A stretch of 64,000 nucleotides of DNA from Azolla caroliniana (taxonomy: Eukaryota; Plantae; Polypodiophyta): NCBI GenBank assembly GCA_043228905.1, contig JBHGNT010000002.1:62001-126000 (forward strand), read 5' to 3'. Positions within the stretch are counted from its first letter, which is position 1; every line of letters starts with the position of its first letter. The position numbers were made by a program, and so were the translations under genes. Positions 39,141 to 51,674 of the stretch are shown one piece after another. The notes below the pieces were generated by a model. It did not search any database. It had not been told where the DNA came from and was given only the letters and a program-made list of their open reading frames with translations.

Positions 39141-40020
39141 GATTCGCATGTTTGAACACAAATATCCGATATTACACGAGCCAGGTATGAACATTTTAAT
39201 TTACTCAAGGGCTTCGCTCAACTCACTACTCATGTTTGCTAATTTCGTCATGTCTCTCGACGGGAGTTTCAAAATCTTGATTTTTGAATTCCATATCATA
39301 GTTAGCGTTGTTAGCTTCGATTCGCATGTTTGAACACAAAAATCCGATATCACACGAGCCAGATATGAACATTTTAATTTACTCAAGGGCTACTCTCAAC
39401 TCACTCCTCAAATTTGGTAATCGAATCATGTCTCTCGACCTGAGTTTCAAAATCTTCATTTTTTAAAATCCATATCATAGCTAGCGTTGTTAGCTTCGAT
39501 TCACATGTTTGAACACAAAAATCCGATATCACACGAGCCAGGTATGAACATTTTCCTTTACCCACTAGCTCTTCTCAACTCACTACTCATGTTTGCTAAT
39601 TTCGTCCTGTCTCTCGAACTGAGTTTCAAAATCTTGATTTTTAAATTCCATATCATAGTTAGCGTTGTTAGCTTCGATTCGCATGTTTGAACATAAAAAT
39701 CCGATATCACACGAGCCAGGTATGAACATTTCCCTTTACCCACTAGCTCTTCTCAACTCACTCCTAAAATTTGGTAATTTCGTCATGTCTCTCGACCTGA
39801 GTTTCAAAATTTTGATTATTTAATTCCATATCATAGCTAGCGTTGTTAGCTTCGATTCGCATGTTTGAACACAAAAATCCGATATCACACGAGCCAGATA
39901 TGAACATTTTAATTTACTCAAGGGCTACTCTCAACTCACTACTCATGTTTGCTAATTTCGTCATGTCTCTCGAACTGAGTTTCAAAATCTTGATTTTTCA
40001 ATACCATATCATAGCTGGCG

Positions 40021-43000
40021 TTGTTAGCTTCGATTCACATGTTTGAACACAAAAATCCGATATCACACAAACCATGTATGAACATTTTAATTTACCCACT
40101 AGCTCTTCTGAACTCACTCCTCAAATTTGGTATTTTCGTCATGTCTCTCGACCTGAGTTTCAAAATATTGATTTTTGAATTCCATATCATAGCTAGCGTT
40201 GTTAGCTTCGATTCGCATATTTGAACACAAAAATCCGATATCACACGAGCCAGGTATGAACATTTTAATTTACTCAAGGGCTCCTATCAACTCACTCCTC
40301 AAATTTGGTAATCGAATCATGTCTCTCGACCTGAGTTTCAAAATCTTCATTTTTTAAAATCCATATCATAGCTAGCGTTGTTAGCTTCGATTCACATGTT
40401 TGAACACAAAAATCCGATATCACACGAGCCAGGTATGAACATTTTCCTTTACCCACTAGCTCTTCTCAACTCACTACTCATGTTTGCTAATTTCGTCCTG
40501 TCTCTCGAACTGAGTTTCAAAATCTTGATTTTTGAATTCCATATCATAGCTAGCGTTGTTAGCTTCGATTCGCATGTTTGAACACAAAAATCCGATATCA
40601 CACGAGCCAGGTATGAATATTTTAATTTACTCAAGGGCTCCTCTCAACTCACTCCTCAAATTTGGTAATGTCATCATGTCTCTCGACCTGAGTTTCAAAA
40701 TCTTGATTTTTGAATTCCATATCATGGCTAGCGTTGTTATCTTCGATTCGCATGTTTGAACACAAAAATCCGATATCACACAAGCCAGGTATGAACATTT
40801 TAATTTACCTACTAGCTCTTCTCAACTCACTCCTTAAATTTGGTAATTTCATCATGTCTCTCGACCTGAGTTTCAAAATCTTGATTTTTTAATTCCATAT
40901 CATAGCTAGCGTTGTTAGCTTCGATTCGCATGTTTGAACACAAAAATCCGATATTACACGAGCCAGGTATGAACATTTTAATTTACTCAAGGGCTCCTCT
41001 CAACTCACTACTCATGTTTGCTAATTTCGTCATGTCTCTCGACCGGAGTTTCAAAATCTTGATTTTTGAATTCCATATCATAGCTAGCGTTGTTAGCTTC
41101 GATTCGCATGTTTGAACACAAAAATCCGATATCACACAAGCCAGGTATGAACATTTTTATTTACCTACTAGCTCTTCTCAACTCACTCCTTAAATTTGGT
41201 AATTTCGTCATGTCGCTCGACCTGAGTTTCAAAATCTTGATTTTTTAATTCCATATCATAGCTAGCGTTGTTAGCTTCGATTCGCATGTTTGAACACAAA
41301 TATCCGATATTACACGAGCCAGGTATGAATATTTTAATTTACTCAAGGGCTCCTCTCAACTCACTCCTCAAATTTGGTAATGTCATCATGTCTCTTGACC
41401 TGAGTTTCAAAATCTTGATTTTTGAATTCCATATCATGGCTAGCGTTGTTATCTTCGATTCGCATGTTTGAACACAAAAATCCGATACCACACGAGCCAG
41501 GTATGAACATTTTCATTTACTCAAGGGCTCCTCTCCACTCACTACTCATGTTTGGTAATTTAATCATGTCTCTCGAACCAGGTATGAACATTTTCATTTA
41601 CCCACTAGCTCTTCTCAACTCACTCCTCAAATTTGGTATTTTCGTCATGTCTCTAGACCTGAGTTTCAAAATCTTGAATTTTCAAATCCATATCATGGCT
41701 AGCGTTGTTAGCTTCGATTCACATGTTTGAACACAAAAATCCGATATCACACAAACCAGGTATGAACATTTTAATTTACCCACTAGCTCTTCTGAACTCA
41801 CTCCTCAAATTTGGTATTTTCGTCATGTCTCTCGACCTGAGTTTCAAAATATTGATTTTTGAATTCCATATCATAGCTAGCGTTGTTAGCTTCGATTCGC
41901 ATATTTGAACACAAAAATCCGATATCACACGAGCCAGGTATGAACATTTTAATTTACTCAAGGGCTCCTATCAACTCACTCCTCAAATTTGGTAATCGAA
42001 TCATGTCTCTCGACCTGAGTTTCAAAATCTTCATTTTTTAAAATCCATATCATAGCTAGCGTTGTTAGCTTCGATTCACATGTTTGAACACAAAAATCCG
42101 ATATCACACGAGCCTGGTATGAACATTTTCCTTTACCCACTAGCTCTTCTCAACTCACTACTCATGTTTGCTAATTTCGTCCTGTCTCTCGAACTGAGTT
42201 TCAAAATCTTGATTTTTGAATTCCATATCATAGCTAGCGTTGTTAGCTTCGATTCGCATGTTTGAACACAAAAATCCGATATCACACGAGCCAGGTATGA
42301 ATATTTTAATTTACTCAAGGGCTCCTCTCAACTCACTCCTCAAATTTGGTAATGTCATCATGTCTCTCGACCTGAGTTTCAAAATCTTGATTTTTGAATT
42401 CCATATCATGGCTAGCGTTGTTATCTTCGATTCGCATGTTTGAACACAAAAATCCGATATCACACAAGCCAGGTATGAACATTTTAATTTACCTACTAGC
42501 TCTTCTCAACTCACTCCTTAAATTTGGTAATTTCATCATGTCTCTCGACCTGAGTTTCAAAATCTTGATTTTTTAATTCCATATCATAGCTAGCGTTGTT
42601 AGCTTCGATTCGCATGTTTGAACACAAAAATCCGATATTACACGAGCCAGGTATGAACATTTTAATTTACTCAAGGGCTCCTCTCAACTCACTACTCATG
42701 TTTGCTAATTTCGTCATGTCTCTCGACCGGAGTTTCAAAATCTTGATTTTTGAATTCCATATCATAGCTAGCGTTGTTAGCTTCGATTCGCATGTTTGAA
42801 CACAAAAATCCGATATCACACAAGCCAGGTATGAACATTTTTATTTACCTACTAGCTCTTCTCAACTCACTCCTTAAATTTGGTAATTTCGTCATGTCGC
42901 TCGACCTGAGTTTCAAAATCTTGATTTTTTAATTCCATATCATAGCTAGCGTTGTTAGCTTCGATTCGCATGTTTGAACACAAATATCCGATATTACACG

Positions 43001-43450
43001 AGCCAGGTATGAATATTTTAATTTACTCAAGGGCTCCTCTCAACTCACTCCTCAAATTTGGTAATGTCATCATGTCTCTTGACCTGAGTTTCAAAATCTT
43101 GATTTTTGAATTCCATATCATGGCTAGCGTTGTTATCTTCGATTCGCATGTTTGAACACAAAAATCCGATACCACACGAGCCAGGTATGAACATTTTCAT
43201 TTACTCAAGGGCTCCTCTCCACTCACTACTCATGTTTGGTAATTTAATCATGTCTCTCGAACCAGGTATGAACATTTTCATTTACCCACTAGCTCTTCTC
43301 AACTCACTCCTCAAATTTGGTATTTTCGTCATGTCTCTAGACCTGAGTTTCAAAATCTTGAATTTTCAAATCCATATCATGGCTAGCGTTGTTAGCTTCG
43401 ATTCACATGTTTGAACACAAAAATCCGATATCACACAAACCAGGTATGAA
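40021..43450 (+). repeat. 9-monomer tandem duplication, 1684-bp period, 2 copies
   Basis: Pairs at +1684: 40021/41705, 40378/42062, 40710/42394, 40912/42596, 41268/42952, 41422/43106. The SNP CTCTCCACTC (ORF 'APLHSLL') is seen only in these two copies. Confidence 0.92.
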
Positions 43451-43744
43451 CATTTTTATTTACCTACTAGCTCTTCTCAACTCACTCCTTAAATTTGGTA
43501 ATTTCGTCATGTCGCTCGACCTGAGTTTCAAAATCTTGATTTTTGAATTCCATATCATAACTAGCGTTGTTAGCTTCGATTCCCATGTTTGAACACAAAA
43601 ATCCGATATCACACAAGCCAGGTATGAACATTTTCATTTACTCAAGGGCTCCTCTCAACTCACTCCTCAAATTTGGTAATTTCGTCATGTCTCTCGACCT
43701 GAGTTTCAAAATCTTGATTTTTCAATTCCATATCATAGCTAGCG

Positions 43745-44032
43745 TTGTTAGCTTCGATTCGCATGTTTGAACACAAAAATCCGATATCACACGAGCCAGG
43801 TATGAACATTTTCATTTACTCAAGGGCTCCTCTCAACTCGCTCCTCATGTTTGCTAATTTTGTCATGTCTCTCGACCTGAGATTCAAAATCCGATATCAC
43901 ACAAACCAGGTATGAACATTTTAATTTACCCACTAGCTCTTCTGAACTCACTCCTCAAATTTGGTATTTTCGTCATGTCTCTCGACCTGAGTTTCAAAAT
44001 CTTGATTTTTTAATTCCATATCATAGCTAGCG
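43745..44032 (+). repeat. Fused dimer with a 68-bp deletion (288 bp instead of 356 bp), single copy in the window
   Basis: GAGATTCAAAATCCGATATCAC at ~43879-43900 joins the AAAATC of TTCAAAATCTTG to the AAAATC of CAAAAATCCG. ORF spacing 43567->44033 = 466 = 3x178-68. Confidence 0.93.
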
Positions 44033-47000
44033 TTGTTAGCTTCGATTCGCATGTTTGAACACAAAAATCCGATATTACACGAGCCAGGTATGAACATTTT
44101 CATTTACTCAAGGGCTCCTCTCAACTCACTCCTCAAATTTGGTAATTTCGTCATGTCTCTCGACCTGAGTTTCAAAATCTGGATTTTTCAATTCCATATC
44201 ATAACTAGCGTTGTTAGCTTCGATTCACATGTTTGAACACAAAAATCCGATATCACACGAGCCAGGTATGAACATTTTCATTTACCCACTAGATCTTCTC
44301 AACTCACTCCTCAAATTTGGTAATTTCGTCATGTCTCTCGACCTGAGTTTCCAAATCTTGATTTTTTAATTCCATATCATAGCTAGCGTTGTTAGCTTCG
44401 ATTCGCATGTTTGAACACAAAACTCCGATATGACACGAGCTAGGTATGAACATTTTAATTTACTCAAGGGCTCCTCTCAACTCACTACTCATGTTTGCTA
44501 ATTTCGTCATGTCTCTCGACCGGAGTTTCAAAATCTTGATTTTTGAATTTCATATCATAGCTAGCGTTGTTAGCTTCGATTCGCATGTTTGAACACAAAA
44601 ATCCGATATCACACGAGCCAGGTATGAACATTTTCATTTACTCAAGGGCTCCTCTCAACTCGCTCCTCATCTTTGCTAATTTTGTCATGTCTCTCGACCT
44701 GAGATTCAAAATCTTGATTTATCAATTCCATATCATAGTTAGCGTTGTTAGCTTCGATTCGCATGTTTGAACACAAAAATCCGATATCACACGAGCCAGG
44801 TATGAACATTTTCCTTTATCCACTAGCTCTTCTCAACTCACTCCTAAAATTTGGTAATTTCGTCATGTCTCTCGACCTGAGTTTCAAAATCTTGATTTTT
44901 TAATTCCATATCATAGCTAGCGTTGTTAGCTTCGATTCGCATGTTTGAACAAAAAAATCCAATATCACACAAACCAGGTATGAACATTTTAATTTACTCA
45001 AGGGCTACTCTCAACTCACTACTCATGTTTGCTAATTTCGTCATGTCACTCGAACTGAGTTTCAAAATCTTGATTTTTCAATACCATATCATAGCTGGCG
45101 TTGTTAGCTTCGATTCACATGTTTGAACATAAAAATCCGATATCACACGAGCCAGGTATGAACATTTTAATTTACTCAAGGGCTCCTCTCAACTCACTAC
45201 TCATGTTTGGTAATTTCGTCCTGTCTCTCGAACTGAGTTTCAAAATATTGATTTTTGAATTCCATATCATAGCTAGCGTTGTTAGCTTCGATTCGCATGT
45301 TTGAACACAAAAATCCGATATCACACGAGCCAGGTATGAACATTTTAATTTACTCAAGGGCTCCTATCAACTCACTCCTCAAATTTGGTAATTGAATCAT
45401 GTCTCTCGACCTGAGTTTCAAAATCTTCATTTTTTAAAATCCATATCATAGCTAGCGTTGTTAGCTTCGATTCACATGTTTGAACACAAAAATCCGATAT
45501 CACACGAGCCAGGTATGAACATTTTCCTTTACCCACTAGCTCTTCTCAACTCACTACTCATGTTTGCAAATTTCGTCCTGTCTCTCGAACTGAGTTTCAA
45601 AATCTTGATTTTTGAATTCCATATCATAGCTAGCGTTGTTAGCTTCGATTCGCATCTTTGAACACAAAAATCCGATATCACACGAGCCAGGTATGAACAT
45701 TTTAATTTACCCACTAGCTCTTCTCAACTCACTCCTCAAATTTGGTATTTTCGTCATGTCTCTCGACCTGAGTTTCAAAATCTTGATTTTTTAATTCCAT
45801 ATCATAGCTAGCGTTGTTAGCTTCGATTCGCATGTTTGAACACAAAAATCCGATATTACACGAGCCAGCTATGAACATTTTAATTTAGTCAAGGGCTCCT
45901 CTCAACTCACTCCTCAAATTTGGTAATTTCGTCATGTCTCTCGACCTGAGTTTCAAAATCTTGATTTTTCAATTCCATATCATAGCTAGCGTTGTTAGCT
46001 TCGATTCGCATGTTTGAACACAAAAATCCGATATCACACGAGCCAGGTATGAACATTTTCATTTACTCAAGGGCTCCTCTCAACTCACTACTCATGTTTG
46101 GTAATTTAATCACGTCTCTCGACCTGAGTTTCAAAATCTTTATTTTTCAATACCATATCATAGCTAGCGTTGTTAGCTTCGATTCGCATGTTTGAACACA
46201 AAAATCCGATATCACACGAGCCAGGTATGAACATTTTAATTTACTCAAGGGCTCCTCTCAACTCGCTCCTCATGTTTGCTAATTTCGTCATGTCTCTCGA
46301 CCTGAGTTTCAAAATCTTGATTTGTTAATTCCATATCATAGCTAGCGTTGTTAGCTTCGATTCCCATGTTTGAACACAAAAATCCGATATCACACGAGCC
46401 AGGTATGAACATTTTATTTTACTCAAGGGCTCCTCTCAACTCACTCCTCAAATTTGGTAATTTCGTCATGTCTCTCGACCTGAGTTTTAAAATCTTGATT
46501 TTTCAATTCCATATCATAGCTGGCGTTGTTAGCTTCGATTCACATGTTTGAACATAAAAATCCGATATCACACGAGCCAGGTATGAACATTTTAATTTAC
46601 TCAAGCGCTCCTCTCAACTCACTACTCATGTTTGCTAATTTCGTCCTGTCTCTCGAACTGAGTTTCACAATATTGATTTTTGAATTCCATATCATAGCTA
46701 GCGTTGTTAGCTTCGATTCGCATATTTGAACACAAAAATCCGATATCACACGAGCCAGGTATGAACATTTTAATTTACTCAAGGGCTCCTATCAACTCAC
46801 TCCTCAAATTTGGTAATTGAATCATGTCTCTCGACCTGAGTTTCAAAATCTTCATTTTTTAAAATCCATATCATAGCTAGCGTTGTTAGTTTCGATTCAC
46901 ATGTTTGAACACAAAAATCCGATATCACACGAGCCAGGTATGAACATTTTCCTTTACCCACTAGCTCTTCTCAACTCACTACTCATGTTTGCTAATTTCG

Positions 47001-50000
47001 TCCTGTCTCTCGAACTGAGTATCAAAATCTTGAATTTTGAATTCCATATCATAGCTAGCGTTGTTAGCTTCGATTCGCATCTTTGAACACAAAAATCCGA
47101 TATCACACGAGCCAGGTATGAATATTTTAATTTACTCAAGGGCTCCTCTCAACTCACTCCTCAAATTTGGTAATGTCATCATGTCTCTCGACCTGAGTTT
47201 CAAAATCTTGATTTTTGAATTCCATATCATGGCTAGCGTTGTTATCTTCGATTCGCATGTTTGAACACAAAAATCCGATACCACACGAGCCAGGTATGAA
47301 CATTTTCATTTACTCAAGGGCTCCTCTCTACTCACTACTCATGTTTGGTAATTTAATCATGTCTCTCGAACCAGGTATGAACATTTTCATTTACCCACTA
47401 GCTCTTCTCAACTCACTCCTCAAATTTGGTATTTTCGTCATGTCTCTCGACCTGAGTTTCAAAATCTTGATTTTTTAATTCCATATCATAGCTAGCGTTG
47501 TTAGCTTCGATTCGCATGTTTGAACACAAAAATCTGATATTACACGAGCCAGGTATGAACATTTTCATTTACTCAAGGGCTCCTCTCAACTCCCTCCTCA
47601 AATTTGGTAATTTCGTCATGTCTCTCGACCTGAGTTTCAAAATCTTGATTTATCAATTCCATATCATGGCTAGCGTTGTTAGCTTCGATTCGCATGTTTG
47701 AACACAAAAATCTGATATTACACGAGCCAGGTATGAACATTTTCATTTACTCAAGGGCTCCTCTCAACTCCCTCCTCAAATTTGGTAATTTCGTCATGTC
47801 TCTCGACCTGAGTTTCAGAATCTTGATTTATCAATTCCATATCATGGCTAGCGTTGTTAGCTTCGATTCGCATGTTTGAACACAAAAATCCGATATTACA
47901 CGAGCCAGGTATGAACATTTTCATTTACTCAAGGGCTCCTCTCAACTCACTCCTCAAATTTGGTAATTTCGTCATGTCTCTCGACCTGAGTTTCAAAATC
48001 TTGATTTTTCAATTCCATATCATAGCTAGCGTTGTTAGCTTCGATTCGCATGTTTGAACACAAAAATCCGATATCACACGAGCCAGGTATGAACATTTTC
48101 ATTTACCCACTAGATCTTCTCAACTCACTCCTCAAATTTGGTAATTTCGTCATGTCTCTCGACCTGAGTTTCAAAATCTTGATTTTTTAATTCGATATCA
48201 TAGCTAGCGTTGTTAGCTTCGATTCGCATGTTTGAACACAAAAATCCGATATTACACGAGCTAGGTATGAACATTTTAATTTACTCAAGGGCTCCTCTCA
48301 ACTCACTACTCATGTTTGCTAATTTCGTCATGTCTCTCGACCGGAGTTTCAAAATCTTGATTTTTGAATTCCATATCATAGCTAGCGTTGTTAGCTTCGA
48401 TTCGCATGTTTGACACAAAAATCTGATATCACACGAGCCAGGTATGAACATTTTCATTTACTCAAGGGCTCCTCTCAACTCGCTCCTCATGTTTGCTAAT
48501 TTTGTCATGTCTCTCGACCTGAGATTCAAAATCTTGATTTATCAATTCCATATCATAGTTAGCGTTGTTAGCTTCGATTCGCATGTTTGAACACAAAAAT
48601 CCGATATCACACGAGCCAAGTATGAACATTTTCCTTTATCCACTAGCTCTTCTCAACTCACTCCTAAAATTTGGTAATTTCGTCATGTCTCTCGACCTGA
48701 GTTTCAAAATCTTGATTTTTTAATTCCATATCATAGCTAGCGTTGTTAGCTTCGATTCGCATGTTTGAACACAAAAATCCGATATCACACGAGCCAGGTA
48801 TGAACATTTTCATTTACCCACTAGATCTTCTCAACTCACTCCTCAAATTTGGTAATTTCGTCATGTCTCTCGACCTGAGTTTCAAAATCTTGATTTTTTA
48901 ATTCGATATCATAGCTAGCGTTGTTAGCTTTGATTCGCATGTTTGAACACAAAAATCCGATATCACACGAGCCAGATATGAACATTTTAATTTACTCAAG
49001 GGCTACTCTCAACTCACTACTCATGTTTGCTAATTTCGTCATGTCTCTCGAACTGAGTTTCAAAATCTTGATTTTTCAATACCATATCATAGCTGGCGTT
49101 GTTAGCTTCGATTCACATGTTTGAACATAAAAATCCGATATCCCACGAGCCAGGTATGAACATTTTAATTTACTCAAGGGCTCCTCTCAACTCACTACTC
49201 ATGTTTGCTAATTTCGTCCTGTCTCTCGAACTGAGTTTCAAAATCTTCATTTTTTAAAATCCATATCATAGCTAGCGTTGTTAGCTTCGATTCACATGTT
49301 TGAACACAAAAATCCGATATCACACGAGCCAGGTATGAACATTTTCATTTACCCACTAGATCTTCTCAACTCACTCCTCAAATTTGGTAATTTCGTCATG
49401 TCTCTCGACCTGAGTTTCAAAATCTTGATTTTTTAATTCGATATCATAGCTAGCGTTGTTAGCTTCGATTCGCATGTTTGAACACAAAAATCCGATATCA
49501 CACGAGCCAGATATGAACATTTTAATTTACTCAAGGGCTACTCTCAACTCACTACTCATGTTTGCTAATTTCGTCATGTCTCTCGAACTGAGTTTCAAAA
49601 TCTTGATTTTTCAATACCATATCATAGCTGGCGTTGTTAGCTTCGATTCACATGTTTGAACATAAAAATCCGATATCCCACGAGCCAGGTATGAACATTT
49701 TAATTTACTCAAGGGCTCCTCTCAACTCACTACTCATGTTTGCTAATTTCGTCCTGTCTCTCGAACTGAGTTTCAAAATATTGATTTTTGAATTCCATAT
49801 CATAGCTAGCGTTGTTAGCTTCGATTCGCATATTTGAACACAAAAATCCGATATCACACGAGCCAGGTATGAACATTTTAATTTACTCAAGGGCTCCTAT
49901 CAACTCACTCCTCAAATTTGGTAATTGAATCATGTCTCTCGACCTGAGTTTCAAAATCTTCATTTTTTAAAATCCATATCATAGCTAGCGTTGTTAGCTT

Positions 50001-51674
50001 CGATTCACATGTTTGAACACAAAAATCCGATATCACACGAGCCAGGTATGAACATTTTCCTTTACCCACTAGCTCTTCTCAACTCACTACTCATGTTTGC
50101 AAATTTCGTCCTGTCTCTCGAACTGAGTTTCAAAATCTTGATTTTTGAATTCCATATCATAGCTAGCGTTGTTAGCTTCGATTCGCATCTTTGAACACAA
50201 AAATCCGATATCACACGAGCCAGGTATGAATATTTTAATTTACTCAAGGGCTCCTCTCAACTCACTCCTCAAATTTGGTAATGTCATCATGTCTCTCGAC
50301 CTGAGTTTCAAAATCTTGATTTTTGAATTCCATATCATGGCTAGCGTTGTTATCTTCGATTCGCATGTTTGAACACAAAAATCCGATACCACACGAGCCA
50401 GGTATGAACATTTTCATTTACTCAAGGGCTCCTCTCTACTCACTACTCATGTTTGGTAATTTAATCATGTCTCTCGAACCAGGTATGAACATTTTCATTT
50501 ACCCACTAGCTCTTCTCAACTCACTCCTCAAATTTGGTATTTTCGTCATGTCTCTAGACCTGAGTTTCAAAATCTTGAATTTTCAAATCCATATCATGGC
50601 TAGCGTTGTTAGCTTCGATTCACATGTTTGAACACAAAAATCCGATATCACACGAGCCAGGTATGAACATTTTAATTTACCCACTAGCTCTTCTCAACTC
50701 ACTCCTCAAATTTGGTATTTTCGTCATGTCTCTCGACCTGAGTTTCAAAATCTTGATTTTTTAATTCCAGATCATAGCTAGCGTTGTTAGCTTCGATTCG
50801 CATGTTTGAACACAAAAATCCGATATTACACGAGCCAGCTATGAACATTTTAATTTAGTCAAGGGCTCCTCTCAACTCACTCCTCAAATTTGGTAATTTC
50901 GTCATGTCTCTCGACCTGAGTTTCAAAATCTTGATTTTTCAATTCCATATCATGGCTAGCGTTGTTATCTTCGATTCGCATGTTTGAACACAAATATCCG
51001 ATATTACACGAGCCAGGTATGAACATTTTAATTTACTCAAGGGCTTCGCTCAACTCACTACTCATGTTTGCTAATTTCGTCATGTCTCTCGACGGGAGTT
51101 TCAAAATCTTGATTTTTGAATTCCATATCATAGTTAGCGTTGTTAGCTTCGATTCGCATGTTTGAACACAAAAATCCGATATCACACGAGCCAGATATGA
51201 ACATTTTAATTTACTCAAGGGCTACTCTCAACTCACTCCTCAAATTTGGTAATCGAATCATGTCTCTCGACCTGAGTTTCAAAATCTTCATTTTTTAAAA
51301 TCCATATCATAGCTAGCGTTGTTAGCTTCGATTCACATGTTTGAACACAAAAATCCGATATCACACGAGCCAGGTATGAACATTTTCCTTTACCCACTAG
51401 CTCTTCTCAACTCACTACTCATGTTTGCTAATTTCGTCCTGTCTCTCGAACTGAGTTTCAAAATCTTGATTTTTAAATTCCATATCATAGTTAGCGTTGT
51501 TAGCTTCGATTCGCATGTTTGAACATAAAAATCCGATATCACACGAGCCAGGTATGAACATTTCCCTTTACCCACTAGCTCTTCTCAACTCACTCCTAAA
51601 ATTTGGTAATTTCGTCATGTCTCTCGACCTGAGTTTCAAAATCTTGATTTTTTAATTCCATATCATAGCTAGCG

